From Acidimicrobiia bacterium (GTDB lineage Bacteria; Actinomycetota; Acidimicrobiia; Spongiisociales; ZC4RG35), in assembly GCA_035250485.1 (NCBI GenBank), contig DATFFB010000041.1, positions 3,047-67,046 on the forward strand: a stretch of 64,000 bases of DNA. The letters run 5' to 3'. A program made the translations under genes and the position numbers. How positions within the stretch are numbered: the stretch's first letter is position 1; each line of letters opens with the position of its first letter. The notes under the pieces are model-generated. The model ran no database searches. It was not told the DNA's origin and worked only from the letters and a program-made list of their open reading frames with translations. Below, in pieces: positions 43,719-54,627 of this stretch.

Positions 43719-44900
43719 ATGCGCCACGTCACGGATGACGAGCGCCGGGCTCGGATCGCACGGCGACACGCGCTCGGGTCCCAGTTCAAAGCGAGCGACC
43801 CCGAAGCAGCGGTGCGGGCGATGAGCGTCCTCCATGCCACCGAGGCCCCCACCGTCTACCTCTCGCTCTTCGCTCGGGTCGGGAGCATCAAAGTGTCCGA
43901 TATCGATGCGGCCCTCTACGACCGACGGGTGCTCGTCAAGCAGCTGGCGATGCGCCGCACGCTATTCGTCTTTACCCGTGACTTGCTCCCGGCCGCGTTG
44001 GGAAGCGCAAGCGCCCGGGTCGCCCAACAGAACCGGGCGCGCCTCATCAAGCAAGTCGAGGCCGGAGGCTTGGCCGCAGACGGAGCCGCCTGGCTCGAAG
44101 CTGCCCGCCGTGGAGTCGTCTCCCTCCTGGCCGACGGTACCGAGTTGTCCGCCCAGGAATTACGTGCGCAAGTTCCGGAGCTGAGTGGGCGAATAGTGAT
44201 GAAACCGGAGAAGAAATGGGGAGGCGAGATCTCGATTGGGCCTCCGGTCCTGGCCCAACTCAGCGCCGAGGGCGTAATTGCTCGCGCCCACAATCAGGGT
44301 CACTGGCGAATCTCGCGACCCCGGTGGACTTCGATGGAGGCTTGGCTGGGAGAGTTCCTCCGCCCGCGGTCCGAGCAAGAGGGCTACGCGGAGCTCGTCA
44401 GACGCTGGCTCCGCACCTTCGGGCCCGGAACGATCGAGGACATTCGCTGGTGGCTGGGATCGACGGTGTCGGCGGTCAAACGAGCGTTGGCCGATGTTTC
44501 GGCAGTCGAAGTGTCCCTCGATGGTGGAGCCAAGGGCTGGCTTCTTTCCGACGACATGGATCCGGTCCCTAGCGACGGCCATTGGGGAGCGCTTCTGCCG
44601 ATCCTCGACCCAACCGTTATGGGCTGGAAGGAGCGCACCTTCTACCTGGGCCGACATGCGCCCGAGCTCTTCGACACCGCCGGCAATGCCGGCACCACTG
44701 TCTGGTGGAACGGACGGGTCGTCGGTTGTTGGGTTCAGGATCAGTCCGGCGCGGTTGAGCTCGTCTTCCTCGATGATCCGGGGCGCCAGGCGAGGAAGGT
44801 GCTTCAGGTCGAGGCGGACCGCCTCACCGATTGGCTCGAGGGTGACCGGGTGTTCGCCGTGTACGCGTCGCCGGCGATGCGACGCGGGGCAGTCAAGTAG
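43719..44900 (+). CDS. winged-helix DNA-binding protein of the YcaQ/AlkZ (DUF1006) family
   Basis: About 393 aa from the ATG at 43719. N-terminus RRARIARRHAL...AVRAMSVLHATEAPTVYLSL is typical of the family as I recall it. Confidence 0.6.
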   Translation: MRHVTDDERRARIARRHALGSQFKASDPEAAVRAMSVLHATEAPTVYLSLFARVGSIKVSDIDAALYDRRVLVKQLAMRRTLFVFTRDLLPAALGSASARVAQQNRARLIKQVEAGGLAADGAAWLEAARRGVVSLLADGTELSAQELRAQVPELSGRIVMKPEKKWGGEISIGPPVLAQLSAEGVIARAHNQGHWRISRPRWTSMEAWLGEFLRPRSEQEGYAELVRRWLRTFGPGTIEDIRWWLGSTVSAVKRALADVSAVEVSLDGGAKGWLLSDDMDPVPSDGHWGALLPILDPTVMGWKERTFYLGRHAPELFDTAGNAGTTVWWNGRVVGCWVQDQSGAVELVFLDDPGRQARKVLQVEADRLTDWLEGDRVFAVYASPAMRRGAVK

Positions 44901-45306
44901 TGCTCCTCGACGCTGACGCCAGTCGAGCGAGGGCCAACGCCCCCAACAAAAGGCCGAAGTCACGCAGGGCAACGTCGTAAAAGTCCCCGAGAACAAGGAG
45001 GTTCACGATGATCACCGCCAGCCAGGCAGCGACGACGTAGCCTCCGATCCCCGGGCGAATCAGAACCAGAACCGCGGCGACGAGTTCAACTCCGCCCACG
45101 ATTCTCATGATCGTCGTGGCGTCCATCCCCAGCGTGTCGGTGACGACGGGAGCGAGGTACGCCTCCCAATCCGCCAGGAGGCCGAGGAACTTGTCGGCCC
45201 CGGCGATCAGCGGCAGAAGAACATATCCAATATGGAGGATGCGGAACGCTTGCCCTACCGGTGGATCAAGGGTCCCCTGCCGGTTTGAGGCACTGACTGC
45301 TGTCAT
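44893..45306 (-). CDS. small DoxX-like membrane protein
   Basis: 137 aa from the ATG at 45306, with four hydrophobic segments. The upstream part of the track ORF is not protein-like. Confidence 0.5.
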   Translation of the reverse strand: MTAVSASNRQGTLDPPVGQAFRILHIGYVLLPLIAGADKFLGLLADWEAYLAPVVTDTLGMDATTIMRIVGGVELVAAVLVLIRPGIGGYVVAAWLAVIIVNLLVLGDFYDVALRDFGLLLGALALARLASASRSTT

Positions 45307-45331
45307 CTCACTTCTCCTTTCGGGAGCGGCT

Positions 45332-46096
45332 CTAGGTCGGGTCGAGACTGAGCACGGATCCAATCGTCTGGAAGCCTTGGTCGGCTGCCCAGAGGTCCAA
45401 TGCAAGGGTGGCGACGTCGTCGACCAGTGGGACCACCTCTCTTGATCCGGGCAGGCGGAGATCGAAGGTCTTGATGTAAGCCTTGCAAGTCTCACAACTG
45501 TCGACCCGGGCCCAGGGCCATCGCTCGTTGGTGAAGACGCCGAGTCGCCGAGGATGGTGCTCTCGACAATTCGGGCACGTTGCCCGCCCGAATCCCCAGG
45601 CAGTGGCGCAGCGAACGCAGATCAAGTATCGGGCGGCTCCGGCCATGAACTCCCCCGATTGCTCGACGATGACCGAGAGCTTGGGCAACCCTCCACAGAT
45701 CGGACAGCTCCCCTCTTGCCAGGTCGCCGGCACCGTCGCCCGGGCGGCCTCCCCCTCCACAATCGGTGCCTCGGCGACGGACCAGAAGAACGCATCGGCC
45801 ACCTCGGGCGACGCCAAAGGCGCGAACGGCGCCAGGGTGGCCAATGCCTGTTCGTGCTCACGAGAGATCAGGTCGGATACCAAGTCGAGGTCGAGAGGAG
45901 CCGTCAACAGCTGAGTCGCCTCCCGGACTTCGGCATCACTCGCTCGCACCTGTTGATATCCGAATACGACCGCCAGAAACTCCAGGAGATCGGACACCAT
46001 CGGCTCGGCTGCAACGAGGGCCAAGGCCCGCTGGCGACGCACCACGAACTCCGCCGGCCCGCCCTTAATCGGCGCCTTCATGCTCTCTTCCGGCAT
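45332..46096 (-). CDS. fdhE: formate dehydrogenase accessory protein FdhE
   Basis: Cys pairs CPICGG...CVRCATAW...CPNC...CETCKAYIK; positioned downstream of fdnI. The start may be the second ATG (46081). Confidence 0.85.
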   Translation of the reverse strand: MPEESMKAPIKGGPAEFVVRRQRALALVAAEPMVSDLLEFLAVVFGYQQVRASDAEVREATQLLTAPLDLDLVSDLISREHEQALATLAPFAPLASPEVADAFFWSVAEAPIVEGEAARATVPATWQEGSCPICGGLPKLSVIVEQSGEFMAGAARYLICVRCATAWGFGRATCPNCREHHPRRLGVFTNERWPWARVDSCETCKAYIKTFDLRLPGSREVVPLVDDVATLALDLWAADQGFQTIGSVLSLDPT

Positions 46097-46736
46097 CGAC
46101 TCGGCGGAACCAACGGGGATGATGAAAGGCGGCCCAAGCCCGGCTGACGGTACCCGAAGTCATCGAGCGGAAGGTGCCCGGAAAGCGAGCTGTGGAAAGG
46201 TAAACGTGGACGACGAGGAAGCCAGCGGCCATGAGGAAGAAGACATGGTGTGAAAATCTCGCCGCCAGATTCCATTCCCGCGGCATCAAGTCCGGGAGCC
46301 AAAGCGGAATGCCGGTAGCCAACAACACCAGCCCATTGATGACCGAAAACCAGTAGTACGCCTTCTGGCCGCCATTGAACTTGTCTGTATCTGTATCGGT
46401 GTGGCCGGTACGAACGTATTCCCCGAGGTTGCGGAACCAGTGCCGGTCGACGGAATGAAAGCTCATCGACGGCAGCCACATGGCGAACATGAAGACGAGG
46501 CCAACAGTGAAACCAACCCCGACCCAGGGATGGACGAATCGCACCGACTGGCCACCTCCCATGAGATCTAGCAACCAGGCCATGCGGGGGTAACCCAAGG
46601 CGAATCCGGACAGAAGTAGATAGAGGAAGGTCAGCGTCGTCCACCAATGCACGACCCGGACTCCGAAAGTGTGGCGGGTGATTAGTCGGGGTTCGTGCTC
46701 CCGGGCGAGTTCTTCGGCGGTGACAATTTCAGCCAT
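46065..46736 (-). CDS. fdnI: formate dehydrogenase gamma subunit (cytochrome b556)
   Basis: 223 aa from MAEIVTAEEL. Four TM segments with conserved His (VVHWWT..., HVFFLMAAGFLVVHVY). Confidence 0.8.
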   Translation of the reverse strand: MAEIVTAEELAREHEPRLITRHTFGVRVVHWWTTLTFLYLLLSGFALGYPRMAWLLDLMGGGQSVRFVHPWVGVGFTVGLVFMFAMWLPSMSFHSVDRHWFRNLGEYVRTGHTDTDTDKFNGGQKAYYWFSVINGLVLLATGIPLWLPDLMPREWNLAARFSHHVFFLMAAGFLVVHVYLSTARFPGTFRSMTSGTVSRAWAAFHHPRWFRRVDAGREHEGAD

Positions 46737-47652
46737 GAGGTGCTTTCTCATAGGCCGCCGCCACCGCCTCCTCCTCGGGCGGCGGATAGCGCTTGCCGGT
46801 CTTGAGGAAATAGACGGCCGCCGCCAGCAGGCCAGCCCAACTCGCCGTGGCCCCAACCTTGCGAAGGGCACCGATCAGTGAGGGGAAGCTGGTGGGAGCG
46901 GTGACGGTTGGGTCTACCGGCAACCCGTACTGTTCGAGAATCTCACCCCGTGGCACCACGTACATCATGTGCAACCCGCCGACTCCGACCGGGTCGTAGA
47001 GCATCGCCTCCGAGAAGCCCCGGGCCTTGAGCTTCTCGACCTTCTCGAGTCCATAAGAGAGCATGTCTTCTTTGGTTCCAAACCGGATCGCCCCCGTTGG
47101 GCAGGCCTTGACGCAAGCGGGTTCGAGACCAGTCGAAACCCGGTCGATGCAGAGCGTGCACTTGTAGACCTTCTTGGTCACGGTGTCGAAGCGAGGGATG
47201 TCGAATGGACAGCCGCTCACGCAGTATTGACACCCGATGCAGGCATCCTGGTTGAAATCGACGATGCCGTTCTCGTACTGGATCACCGCCCCCGGGGCGG
47301 GACAGGCGAGAAGGCATCCCGGCTCTTCACAATGAAGACAGGAGTCCTTGCGGATAAGCCAGGCCAAAGCCCCTCCCGCCAGCTCCACCTCGTTGAAACG
47401 CATCAGATCCCAGGTGTGGGCAGTGAGATCGGGGTGGCTCTGATACCCGGAGAAGAGGTGGGTCTCCTCCACCTGAAGGTCGTTCCACTCCTTGCAGGCA
47501 ACCTCGCAGGCCTTGCACCCGATGCAGAGGTCGATGTCGACCAGCTTCGAAATTTCAAGGGCAGGAGTCGAATGATCCCGTCGGATGTTCGTGCCCGAGG
47601 CGGGAGTGGCCGATTGCCTCCTGATGGTCAGACCGAGATCCGTCGTGGTCAT
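46729..47652 (-). CDS. fdnH: formate dehydrogenase beta subunit (4x[4Fe-4S], C-terminal TM anchor)
   Basis: 307 aa. CIGCKACEVACKEWN and three further ferredoxin-type Cys clusters. Confidence 0.9.
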   Translation of the reverse strand: MTTTDLGLTIRRQSATPASGTNIRRDHSTPALEISKLVDIDLCIGCKACEVACKEWNDLQVEETHLFSGYQSHPDLTAHTWDLMRFNEVELAGGALAWLIRKDSCLHCEEPGCLLACPAPGAVIQYENGIVDFNQDACIGCQYCVSGCPFDIPRFDTVTKKVYKCTLCIDRVSTGLEPACVKACPTGAIRFGTKEDMLSYGLEKVEKLKARGFSEAMLYDPVGVGGLHMMYVVPRGEILEQYGLPVDPTVTAPTSFPSLIGALRKVGATASWAGLLAAAVYFLKTGKRYPPPEEEAVAAAYEKAPHG

Positions 47653-47655
47653 CGC

Positions 47656-50600
47656 CTACGCCCTCTCGACATTGACCAGAAAGGCCTTGAACTCCGGGGT
47701 GACGGTGGTGCCATCACCGACATAGGGGGTGAGAAGGTTGACCATCTGAGCGGTATTCCCCTTGCCGTGCCCGCCGGTCGGGTGCCAGTGAACGGGGATT
47801 CCCACCTGGTAGACCACCTTGTTCCCCAGTCGCAGTGGACGCATGCGCTTGGTGACCAAGGCAACCCCCTGCACCTGCCCTCGTTTGGAACTCACCCGCA
47901 CCTGATCGAGGTCGCTGATCCCCTTCTCGCTGGCCAGTTCCCGGGGGAGCTCGATGAAGAAGTCGGGCATCGCCTCCACCAGATAGGGAACATATTGGGT
48001 GACGAAGTGCTCGTGCTCGGTCACCCGATAAGTCGTGGCGACATAGGGGAATTCACTGTCGTCTTCGGCGAAACTGGCTGCCACGCCTTCGTAGAGGATC
48101 GTGGTCGGTACCCGCCGGACGCGGCTGAGTACGTTTTCGACCGGGGATTCGACCGGCTCGTAGTGCTCGGGGATCGGACCGTCCATCATCAAAGAACCGG
48201 GAGCGAAGATCCGGGCCACCCCTTCCCCGGTCATGATGAATGCGCCTTTGCCCTCCGATGGCGGCGAGTCGGGGATGAAATCCGGGACATCGCCTTTCCA
48301 GGTTTGGCCATTCCAAACGATGCCGGGACGAGTGGGGTCCCAAGGGCGCCCATCAGCGTCAGCCGAGGCGCGGTTGTAAAGCACTCGCCGGTTGGCCGGC
48401 CAGGACCACGCCCAGTTGTGATAGAACCCGAGGCCGGTGGGATCGTCCGTTCCCCGCCGGTCCATCATGTTGCCTTCCTCGGTCCACGAGCCGGTGTAGA
48501 GCCAGTTACCGATGGCGGTGGAGCCGTCGTCCTTGGCGTCGTTGAAGGTCGAGAGCTGCTCTCCAGTGGTCAGGTCACGGCCGTTGATCTCTCGGGACAC
48601 CTCTTCAAGTGGAGGGTTGGTCGGATCGGAATAGGGCCAATCGAGATCGAGGATGGGATCGGGGAACGCGCCGCCCTCGGCGCGGTAGAGACGCTGAAGA
48701 CGGAGAAGCAACTGGGAAAGGATGTACGCGTCGTCTTTGATATCGCCCTCGGCGGGGAGAGCGGCGTGCTTCCACTGGGTCCAGCGACCGGAGTTGACGA
48801 AGGCCCCAGCCTTCTCGATCCAATGCGTGGTGGGGAGGAAGAAAACCTCGGTATCGACTGACGCCGGATCGATCCCGTCTCCGTGCCAGAACTCAGAGGA
48901 GGCAGTGGGAAACGGATCCATCACCACCAGCCACTTGAGTTTCGACAGGGCTTGGATGACCCGGTTGGAGTCGGGCCCGATGTTGACGCTCGACATGCCA
49001 GAGTTGAAGAGCCCATGCAGGCGACCTGCCAGCGCCTCGGCGTAGAACGTCATCCAAGACCAGTTCTTGTCGGGCTTGGGGAGATAGGAGTAGTGGAAGT
49101 CGTTCGAAGCTCGGGCTGAGTCGCCGTACCAGGCCTTCAAAAGGCTGACCATGAACTTGCGATAGTTCGAGCCGAAGAAATTGATCGAGCCCGCGTCCAT
49201 CTGAGTAAGCGAGGCCGGGGTCTCGTACTGGTCGAGGGTCTCCATCCCCGGCCGGGGGATGACGAGATAACCGGGGAGTATCTCCCATGATTGGGCGTTG
49301 TCGGTGTTGCCCTGGATATTGGCGTGACCGCGCTCGGCGTTCATGCCCCCACCGGGGCGACCCATATTCCCCAACAGCAGCTGGACGATGGCGGCGGCGC
49401 GAATCATCTGGGAACCCTGGGTGTGGTGGGTAAGGCCGACGGCATAGACGATGTTTCCCACCTTTTCGGGAACGCCGGTGGCTCCGAACTCATCGGCTAT
49501 GGCTAGGAACTCCGCGGCCGGGATTCCGGTGACTTCTTCCACCACCTCGGGGGTGTAGCGGGCGTAATGGGTCTTGAGCAGCTGGAAGACCGAACGTGGA
49601 TGCTGCAGCGTCGGGTCGCGGAGGGCGAACGGCTCCGGGTCCGTACCTTCACCGCCCGTGGGCGTGGCCGCCGCGACCCTTTCGTAGTCCCAGGTGGACG
49701 TGTCGTATTCGCGCGCCGTCTCGTCGTATCCGGAGAAGAGCCCGTCTTGAAACGAGTAGCCCTCGGCAACTACGAAAGAAGCGTTGGTGTGAAGTTTGAC
49801 GTACTCCTCGTGATAGAGCCGATTCTCGAGGATGTGCCGAATCATTCCTCCGAAGAAGGCAACGTCCGTTCCCGCCCGAATTGCGACCCAATTGTCGGCG
49901 GTGGCGGAGGTGCGGGTGAACCGGGGATCGACGTGGATGATCCTGGCGCCGCGGTGATCACGGGCGTGAAATGCCCACTTCCAACCGCAGGGGTGGTTCT
50001 CGGCCGGGTTGGCGCCAATCACCAAGAACAGGTCGGAGTTCTTGAAGTCCACCCAGTGATTGGTCATCGCCCCCCTTCCAAACGTGGCGGCCAAACTGAC
50101 CACCGTGGGGCCGTGTCAAAGCCGGGCCTGTTGCTCTAGGCCCACCACCCCCAGTGCCCGCATCATCTTGGTGACGAGGTATCCCTCTTCATTGGTGATC
50201 GTGGCACCCCCGCCCCAGGCAAACCCCTCGTTGCGGTTCACGGTGTTGCCATCGGCATCGGTGGCGACGAATCGCTCGTCGCGGGCATCCTTCATCAAAC
50301 GAGCTAAGCGATCGAGGGCCTCCTCCCACGAGATCTGGGTCCACTCGCTCGCTCCCGGCGCCCGGTAGCGGGGATGTTCGATTCTTTCGGCAGAGAGGGC
50401 GAGCTGCATGGTGGCAGCGCCCTTGGGGCAGAGAGATCCACCGTTTACCGGACTGTCGGGGTCGCCTTCGATATGAATCAAATGCGGCGTGGTGTTGAAG
50501 CTCTGGGTCTGGCCCAGGCCGCCGACGTAGGCGATCATCGAGCAGCCCACCGCGCAGTACGGGCAGACCGAACGCACCTCGCTGGCCCGACTGATCTTCA

Positions 50601-50706
50601 AATCCTTGATCATGGCCTGCGCCGGTGCGAGATCGAAGCCGAGTCCCGCCAAGGCAGCGGCCCCAACGACGCCCCCTTGAATGAACGTTCGACGGGTGAC
50701 CTTCAT
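47656..50706 (-). CDS. fdnG: formate dehydrogenase-N/O-type alpha subunit, selenocysteine-containing (UGA at 50116-50118)
   Basis: Track ORFs 50116..50787 and 47656..50103 are in the same frame. The junction reads ...GLEQQARL-UGA-HGPTVVSLAATFGRGAMTNHW, which matches the canonical FdnG Sec site. Tat signal MKVTRRTFIQGG from the ATG at 50706. Confidence 0.9.
50086..50104 (-). promoter_or_regulatory. candidate SECIS hairpin of fdnG
   Basis: mRNA GGUGGUC-AGUUU-GGCCGCC: 7-bp stem including two G-U pairs, starting 11 nt after the UGA. Confidence 0.45.
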
Positions 50707-50780
50707 CTGCGGTCCTTCATTCGAACCTGTACGCATCAGCCCGACTTGACGGGTCGAAATACCCGGGGCTGAGTCGGTTG

Positions 50781-50806
50781 AAACCAAAAGCGCCCCGTGG
50801 GGGAGC
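50781..50806 (-). terminator. intrinsic terminator after clpB
   Basis: mRNA GCUCCCCCACGGGGCGC followed by UUUUGGUUU. A second 8-bp hairpin (50810-50834) lies directly after the stop codon. Confidence 0.6.
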
Positions 50807-50834
50807 CGAATCTCGCCAATGTTGGGGGCGAGAT

Positions 50835-53423
50835 CTAGACCCGCAGCACCTCGCTGGCAGCGAAAATCAGTTCTCCGCCCTGGGCGTCGACCGTCACCGT
50901 GTCGCCTTCGCCGAACTCGCCGGCGAGGAGCTTCATCGCCAGTGGATCTGCAATCTCGTGTTGGATCACCCGCTTCAGCGGGCGTGCCCCGTACACCGGG
51001 TCAAAACCCTCCTCGGCCAGGTGCGCCTTGGCGGCGTCGGTCAGGTCGAGATTGATATGGCGGTCGACTAGGCGGCGGCGCAGCTCTTCGAGTTGGATAT
51101 CGACAATCTCCCGCAGCTGCTCCATGGTGAGGCGCCGGAAGACGATCATGTCGTCGACCCGGTTGAGGAACTCGGGCCGGAAATGACTGCGCACTGCCTT
51201 CATCACTCGTTCCTCGACCACCTCGTCTGGCAGATCTTCCTGAATGAACTCCGAGCCGAGGTTCGAGGTCATGATCAAGACCGAGTTGGTGAAGTCGACG
51301 GTCCGGCCCTGGCCGTCGGTGAGTCGTCCGTCGTCGAGCAATTGCAGGAGCACGTTGAAGACGTCCTGATGCGCCTTCTCGACTTCGTCGAGCAAGATCA
51401 CCGAGTAAGGGCGGCGCCGGACCGCTTCGGTGAGCTGGCCCCCTTCGTCATAGCCGACATAGCCGGGAGGAGCGCCGATGAGGCGGCTCACGGCATGACG
51501 TTCCATGTACTCGGACATGTCGATGCGCACCATCGCCCGCTGGTCATCGAAGAGATACTCGGCCAAGGCCCGGGCCAGCTCGGTCTTCCCGACTCCGGTT
51601 GGCCCCAGAAATAGAAATGACCCGATTGGCCGGTTGGGATCGGCCAAACCGGCCCGATTGCGACGCACCGCGTCCGCCACGGCCGACACCGCCCGATCCT
51701 GGCCGATCACTCGCCGGTGCAGCTGTTCCTCGAGATGGATCAGCTTTTCCATCTCGCCCTGGACCAGCTTCGAGACCGGGATCCCGGTCCAGCGAGCCAC
51801 CACGCCAGCCACGTCCTCGTCGGTGACCTCCTCCGAAAGCATCCGTCCCTCGGAATGGAGCTTCTCAAGATCCTCTTGCTTGCGGGCGAGATTGGCCTCG
51901 AGCTCTCGCATGGTCCCATAGCGAAGCTCCGCTGCTCGGGCCAGGTCTCCCTCGCGCTCGGCTCGCTCCGTCAGGCTCCGGTTCTCCTCGATCTGCTCCT
52001 TGATCGCCCGGATCGAAGCGATCGCCTCCTTCTCGAGATTCCAGCGGGCGGTGAGACCCTCGATTTGTTCGGAGAGATCCGCCAATTCCCTTTCGAGGTT
52101 GGCAAGACGTTCCTTGGAGGCGGCGTCGGACTCCTTCTTCAATGCCTCTCTTTCGATTTCGAGCTGGATCCGACGACGGGTGAGCTCATCGATCTCCTCG
52201 GGCATCGAATCGATCTCGATGCGGAGTCGGGAGGCGGACTCATCGATGAGGTCGATGGCCTTGTCGGGAAGGTGGCGGGCGGTGATATAGCGATCGGAGA
52301 GCACGGCCGCCGCCACCAAGGCAGAGTCGGTGATCCGAACTCCGTGATGGACCTCGTAACGCTCCTTTAGACCTCGCAGAATCCCAATCGTGTCCGAGAC
52401 GGTCGGCGCGTCGACCAGGACCGGCTGAAAGCGCCGCTCCAGCGCCGCGTCCTTCTCGATGTGCTTGCGGTATTCGTCGAGAGTGGTGGCCCCAATCATC
52501 CGGAGCTCGCCGCGGGCGAGCATGGGCTTGAGCATGTTCGAAGCGTCCATGGCCCCTTCGGCGGCTCCCGCTCCAACGACGGTGTGGAGTTCGTCGAGGA
52601 AGGTGATGACTTGACCGTTTGAAGACTTGATTTCATTGAGAACCGCTTTCAGGCGTTCCTCGAACTCTCCCCGGTACTTGGCGCCGGCCAGCATCGAACC
52701 CAGATCGAGCGCCACGATTCGCCGGCCCTTCAAGGACTCGGGAACGTCGCCGTCGGCGATGCGACCAGCCAGGCCTTCGACAATCGCGGTCTTTCCCACC
52801 CCAGGCTCGCCGATGAGGACCGGATTGTTCTTGGTCCGTCGGGATAGGACCTGGATCACCCTTCGTATCTCTTCATCGCGGCCGATGACGGGATCGAGCT
52901 TGCCCTGCTCGGCGACGGCTGTGAGGTCGCGGCCGTACTGCTCGAGGGCTTGAAAGGTCGCCTCGGGGTCGGCCGTGGTGATGCGCTGGTTGCCCCGAAG
53001 CCCCTTGAGGGCGTCGAGGATGGCGGTCTTGGTTACCCCAAGCTCGCGCAGGGCCCTCCCCGCCGCATCGCCGCTCTCGGCCACGCCGAGAAGAAGATGC
53101 TCGACCGAGATGTAGTCGTCGCGAAAGTCGGAGCGGTGCTGATCGGCCACCTCGAGGACCCGAGCCAGGTCCTGGGTCATCTGCGGCTCGGCTCCCCCAT
53201 AAACCTGAGGCAGCTTGTTGAGCTCGACTTCGGCGGCTTGCCGCACGTCGTTGGGCGCGGTGCCGAGAGCTTGTAGCACCGGGAGGACCAGACCTTCGGT
53301 TTGGGCCACCAGCGCCCGCAGCAGATGGGCGGGATAGATGCCGCCGTGATTGCGGGCCGTGGCTTGATCGCGGGCTGCGACCAGCGCCTGCTGGCTACGC
53401 GTCGTCAGCTTGGAAAGATCCAT
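50835..53423 (-). CDS. clpB: ATP-dependent chaperone ClpB
   Basis: 862 aa with two AAA+ modules ([16 protein letters not shown]) and a coiled-coil middle domain. Confidence 0.97.
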   Translation of the reverse strand: MDLSKLTTRSQQALVAARDQATARNHGGIYPAHLLRALVAQTEGLVLPVLQALGTAPNDVRQAAEVELNKLPQVYGGAEPQMTQDLARVLEVADQHRSDFRDDYISVEHLLLGVAESGDAAGRALRELGVTKTAILDALKGLRGNQRITTADPEATFQALEQYGRDLTAVAEQGKLDPVIGRDEEIRRVIQVLSRRTKNNPVLIGEPGVGKTAIVEGLAGRIADGDVPESLKGRRIVALDLGSMLAGAKYRGEFEERLKAVLNEIKSSNGQVITFLDELHTVVGAGAAEGAMDASNMLKPMLARGELRMIGATTLDEYRKHIEKDAALERRFQPVLVDAPTVSDTIGILRGLKERYEVHHGVRITDSALVAAAVLSDRYITARHLPDKAIDLIDESASRLRIEIDSMPEEIDELTRRRIQLEIEREALKKESDAASKERLANLERELADLSEQIEGLTARWNLEKEAIASIRAIKEQIEENRSLTERAEREGDLARAAELRYGTMRELEANLARKQEDLEKLHSEGRMLSEEVTDEDVAGVVARWTGIPVSKLVQGEMEKLIHLEEQLHRRVIGQDRAVSAVADAVRRNRAGLADPNRPIGSFLFLGPTGVGKTELARALAEYLFDDQRAMVRIDMSEYMERHAVSRLIGAPPGYVGYDEGGQLTEAVRRRPYSVILLDEVEKAHQDVFNVLLQLLDDGRLTDGQGRTVDFTNSVLIMTSNLGSEFIQEDLPDEVVEERVMKAVRSHFRPEFLNRVDDMIVFRRLTMEQLREIVDIQLEELRRRLVDRHINLDLTDAAKAHLAEEGFDPVYGARPLKRVIQHEIADPLAMKLLAGEFGEGDTVTVDAQGGELIFAASEVLRV

Positions 53424-53482
53424 TGGTCCGCCCTGACTCTAGGAAGGAAAGCTCGATACTGACTTCGGAGAAACAGGTGCGA

Positions 53483-53920
53483 CTATTTGCGCGGCTCGAG
53501 CACCACCACCGGGATCTGACGAGTGGTTCGCTCCTGATATTTGTTGTAGTCGGGCCAGATCTCGGCCATCGCATTCCAGTAGCGGGAGCGCTCGTCGCCC
53601 GTGGCCGTGAAAGCGATGGCATCGAACTCCTCGGAGCCGACTTGAATTCTGACCTCGGGGGTGGCAACCAGGTTGAGATACCACTCGGGGTGGTTGGGTG
53701 CTCCCCCCATCGAAGCCACCACCAGGTAACGGTCGCCGTCTTGCCCGTAGATGAGAGCGGTGCGCCGAAGCTTTCCCGTCTTCCGGCCCCGAGTGGTCAA
53801 GAGGAGGGTGTTGACGCCGCGCCAGCGATGACCGCGCCTTCCCCCGCTTTCGATATAGGACTTGATGTGGTCGGCTACCCAGCCCGCGGGGCTGTCATAG
53901 ACCTTCTCGTTTGCAGCCAC
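53483..53920 (-). CDS. deazaflavin (F420)-dependent oxidoreductase, nitroreductase/DUF385 family
   Basis: GRKTGKLRRTALIYGQDGDRYLVVASMGGAPNHPEWYLNL is diagnostic of the family. The GTG start at 53920 is 2 nt after the HxlR stop codon; the start is uncertain. Confidence 0.75.
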   Translation of the reverse strand: MAANEKVYDSPAGWVADHIKSYIESGGRRGHRWRGVNTLLLTTRGRKTGKLRRTALIYGQDGDRYLVVASMGGAPNHPEWYLNLVATPEVRIQVGSEEFDAIAFTATGDERSRYWNAMAEIWPDYNKYQERTTRQIPVVVLEPRK

Positions 53921-53922
53921 TT

Positions 53923-54384
53923 TCAGCGGAGAACGGGAGCGAGGGAGGGCTCCACCCGCACGTTGCGATGGTCGAGCGGCTGGCCGCAGTGATTGCAACA
54001 CATGACCCCCTCCATGATCTCGCCGCACTCGAGGTGACGGAGTGGCCGGATAAATCGTTCGTCGGGTGCGTTCCACTTGTCCCCCCAGCGACGAAAAGCC
54101 ACCAGAACGTCGAGCAGATCCTTGCCTTTCTCGGTCAAGAGGTACTCGTGACGAGGAGGTCGTTCTTGATAGAGGCGGGTGTCGAGGATCCCGGCTTGGA
54201 CCAGTCGCGAAAGGCGGTCGGCGAGGACGTTGCGGGCGATACCGAGGTCTTTTTGAAAATCGTCAAACCGCTTGATCCCCAAGAAGGCGTCGCGGAGGAT
54301 CAAAACCGTCCACTGATCGCCGACCAACTCGGCCGTGTTGGCAACCGAACACTGCAGTTCCTCAAGGCTTTTGCGGGATGGCAT
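53923..54384 (-). CDS. HxlR family transcriptional regulator with a Cys/His-rich C-terminal tail
   Basis: 153 aa. CSVANTAELVGDQWTVLILRD...YLLTEKG is typical HxlR. The tail is HLECGEIMEGVMCCNHCGQP. Confidence 0.8.
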   Translation of the reverse strand: MPSRKSLEELQCSVANTAELVGDQWTVLILRDAFLGIKRFDDFQKDLGIARNVLADRLSRLVQAGILDTRLYQERPPRHEYLLTEKGKDLLDVLVAFRRWGDKWNAPDERFIRPLRHLECGEIMEGVMCCNHCGQPLDHRNVRVEPSLAPVLR

Positions 54385-54627
54385 CGAAGCCAGTCTACCG
54401 AATGGGTTGCTTTACGCAACTTACTCTGGTAGGGTCGGTCTCATGAAGCAACTCAGTCCCTTGGAAGGGTTCGTGGTCTCGGTGGGTCATGGTGCGCGCA
54501 AACAACGGATGCACAAAGCCCTCCTTCCGGAGGGTGCCCTGGTACCGATCGAACTGGACTTACTTGATGTCATGACAGATCTCGATCCTGGCATGATCGA
54601 CTGGAATCAGGGCCAGCCGGCCTGGAA

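Noticed and set aside
46969-48861. 630-aa plus-strand ORF across fdnH/fdnG
   Set aside because: It is antisense to well-supported formate dehydrogenase genes and has no recognisable motifs. It is a high-GC antisense artefact.
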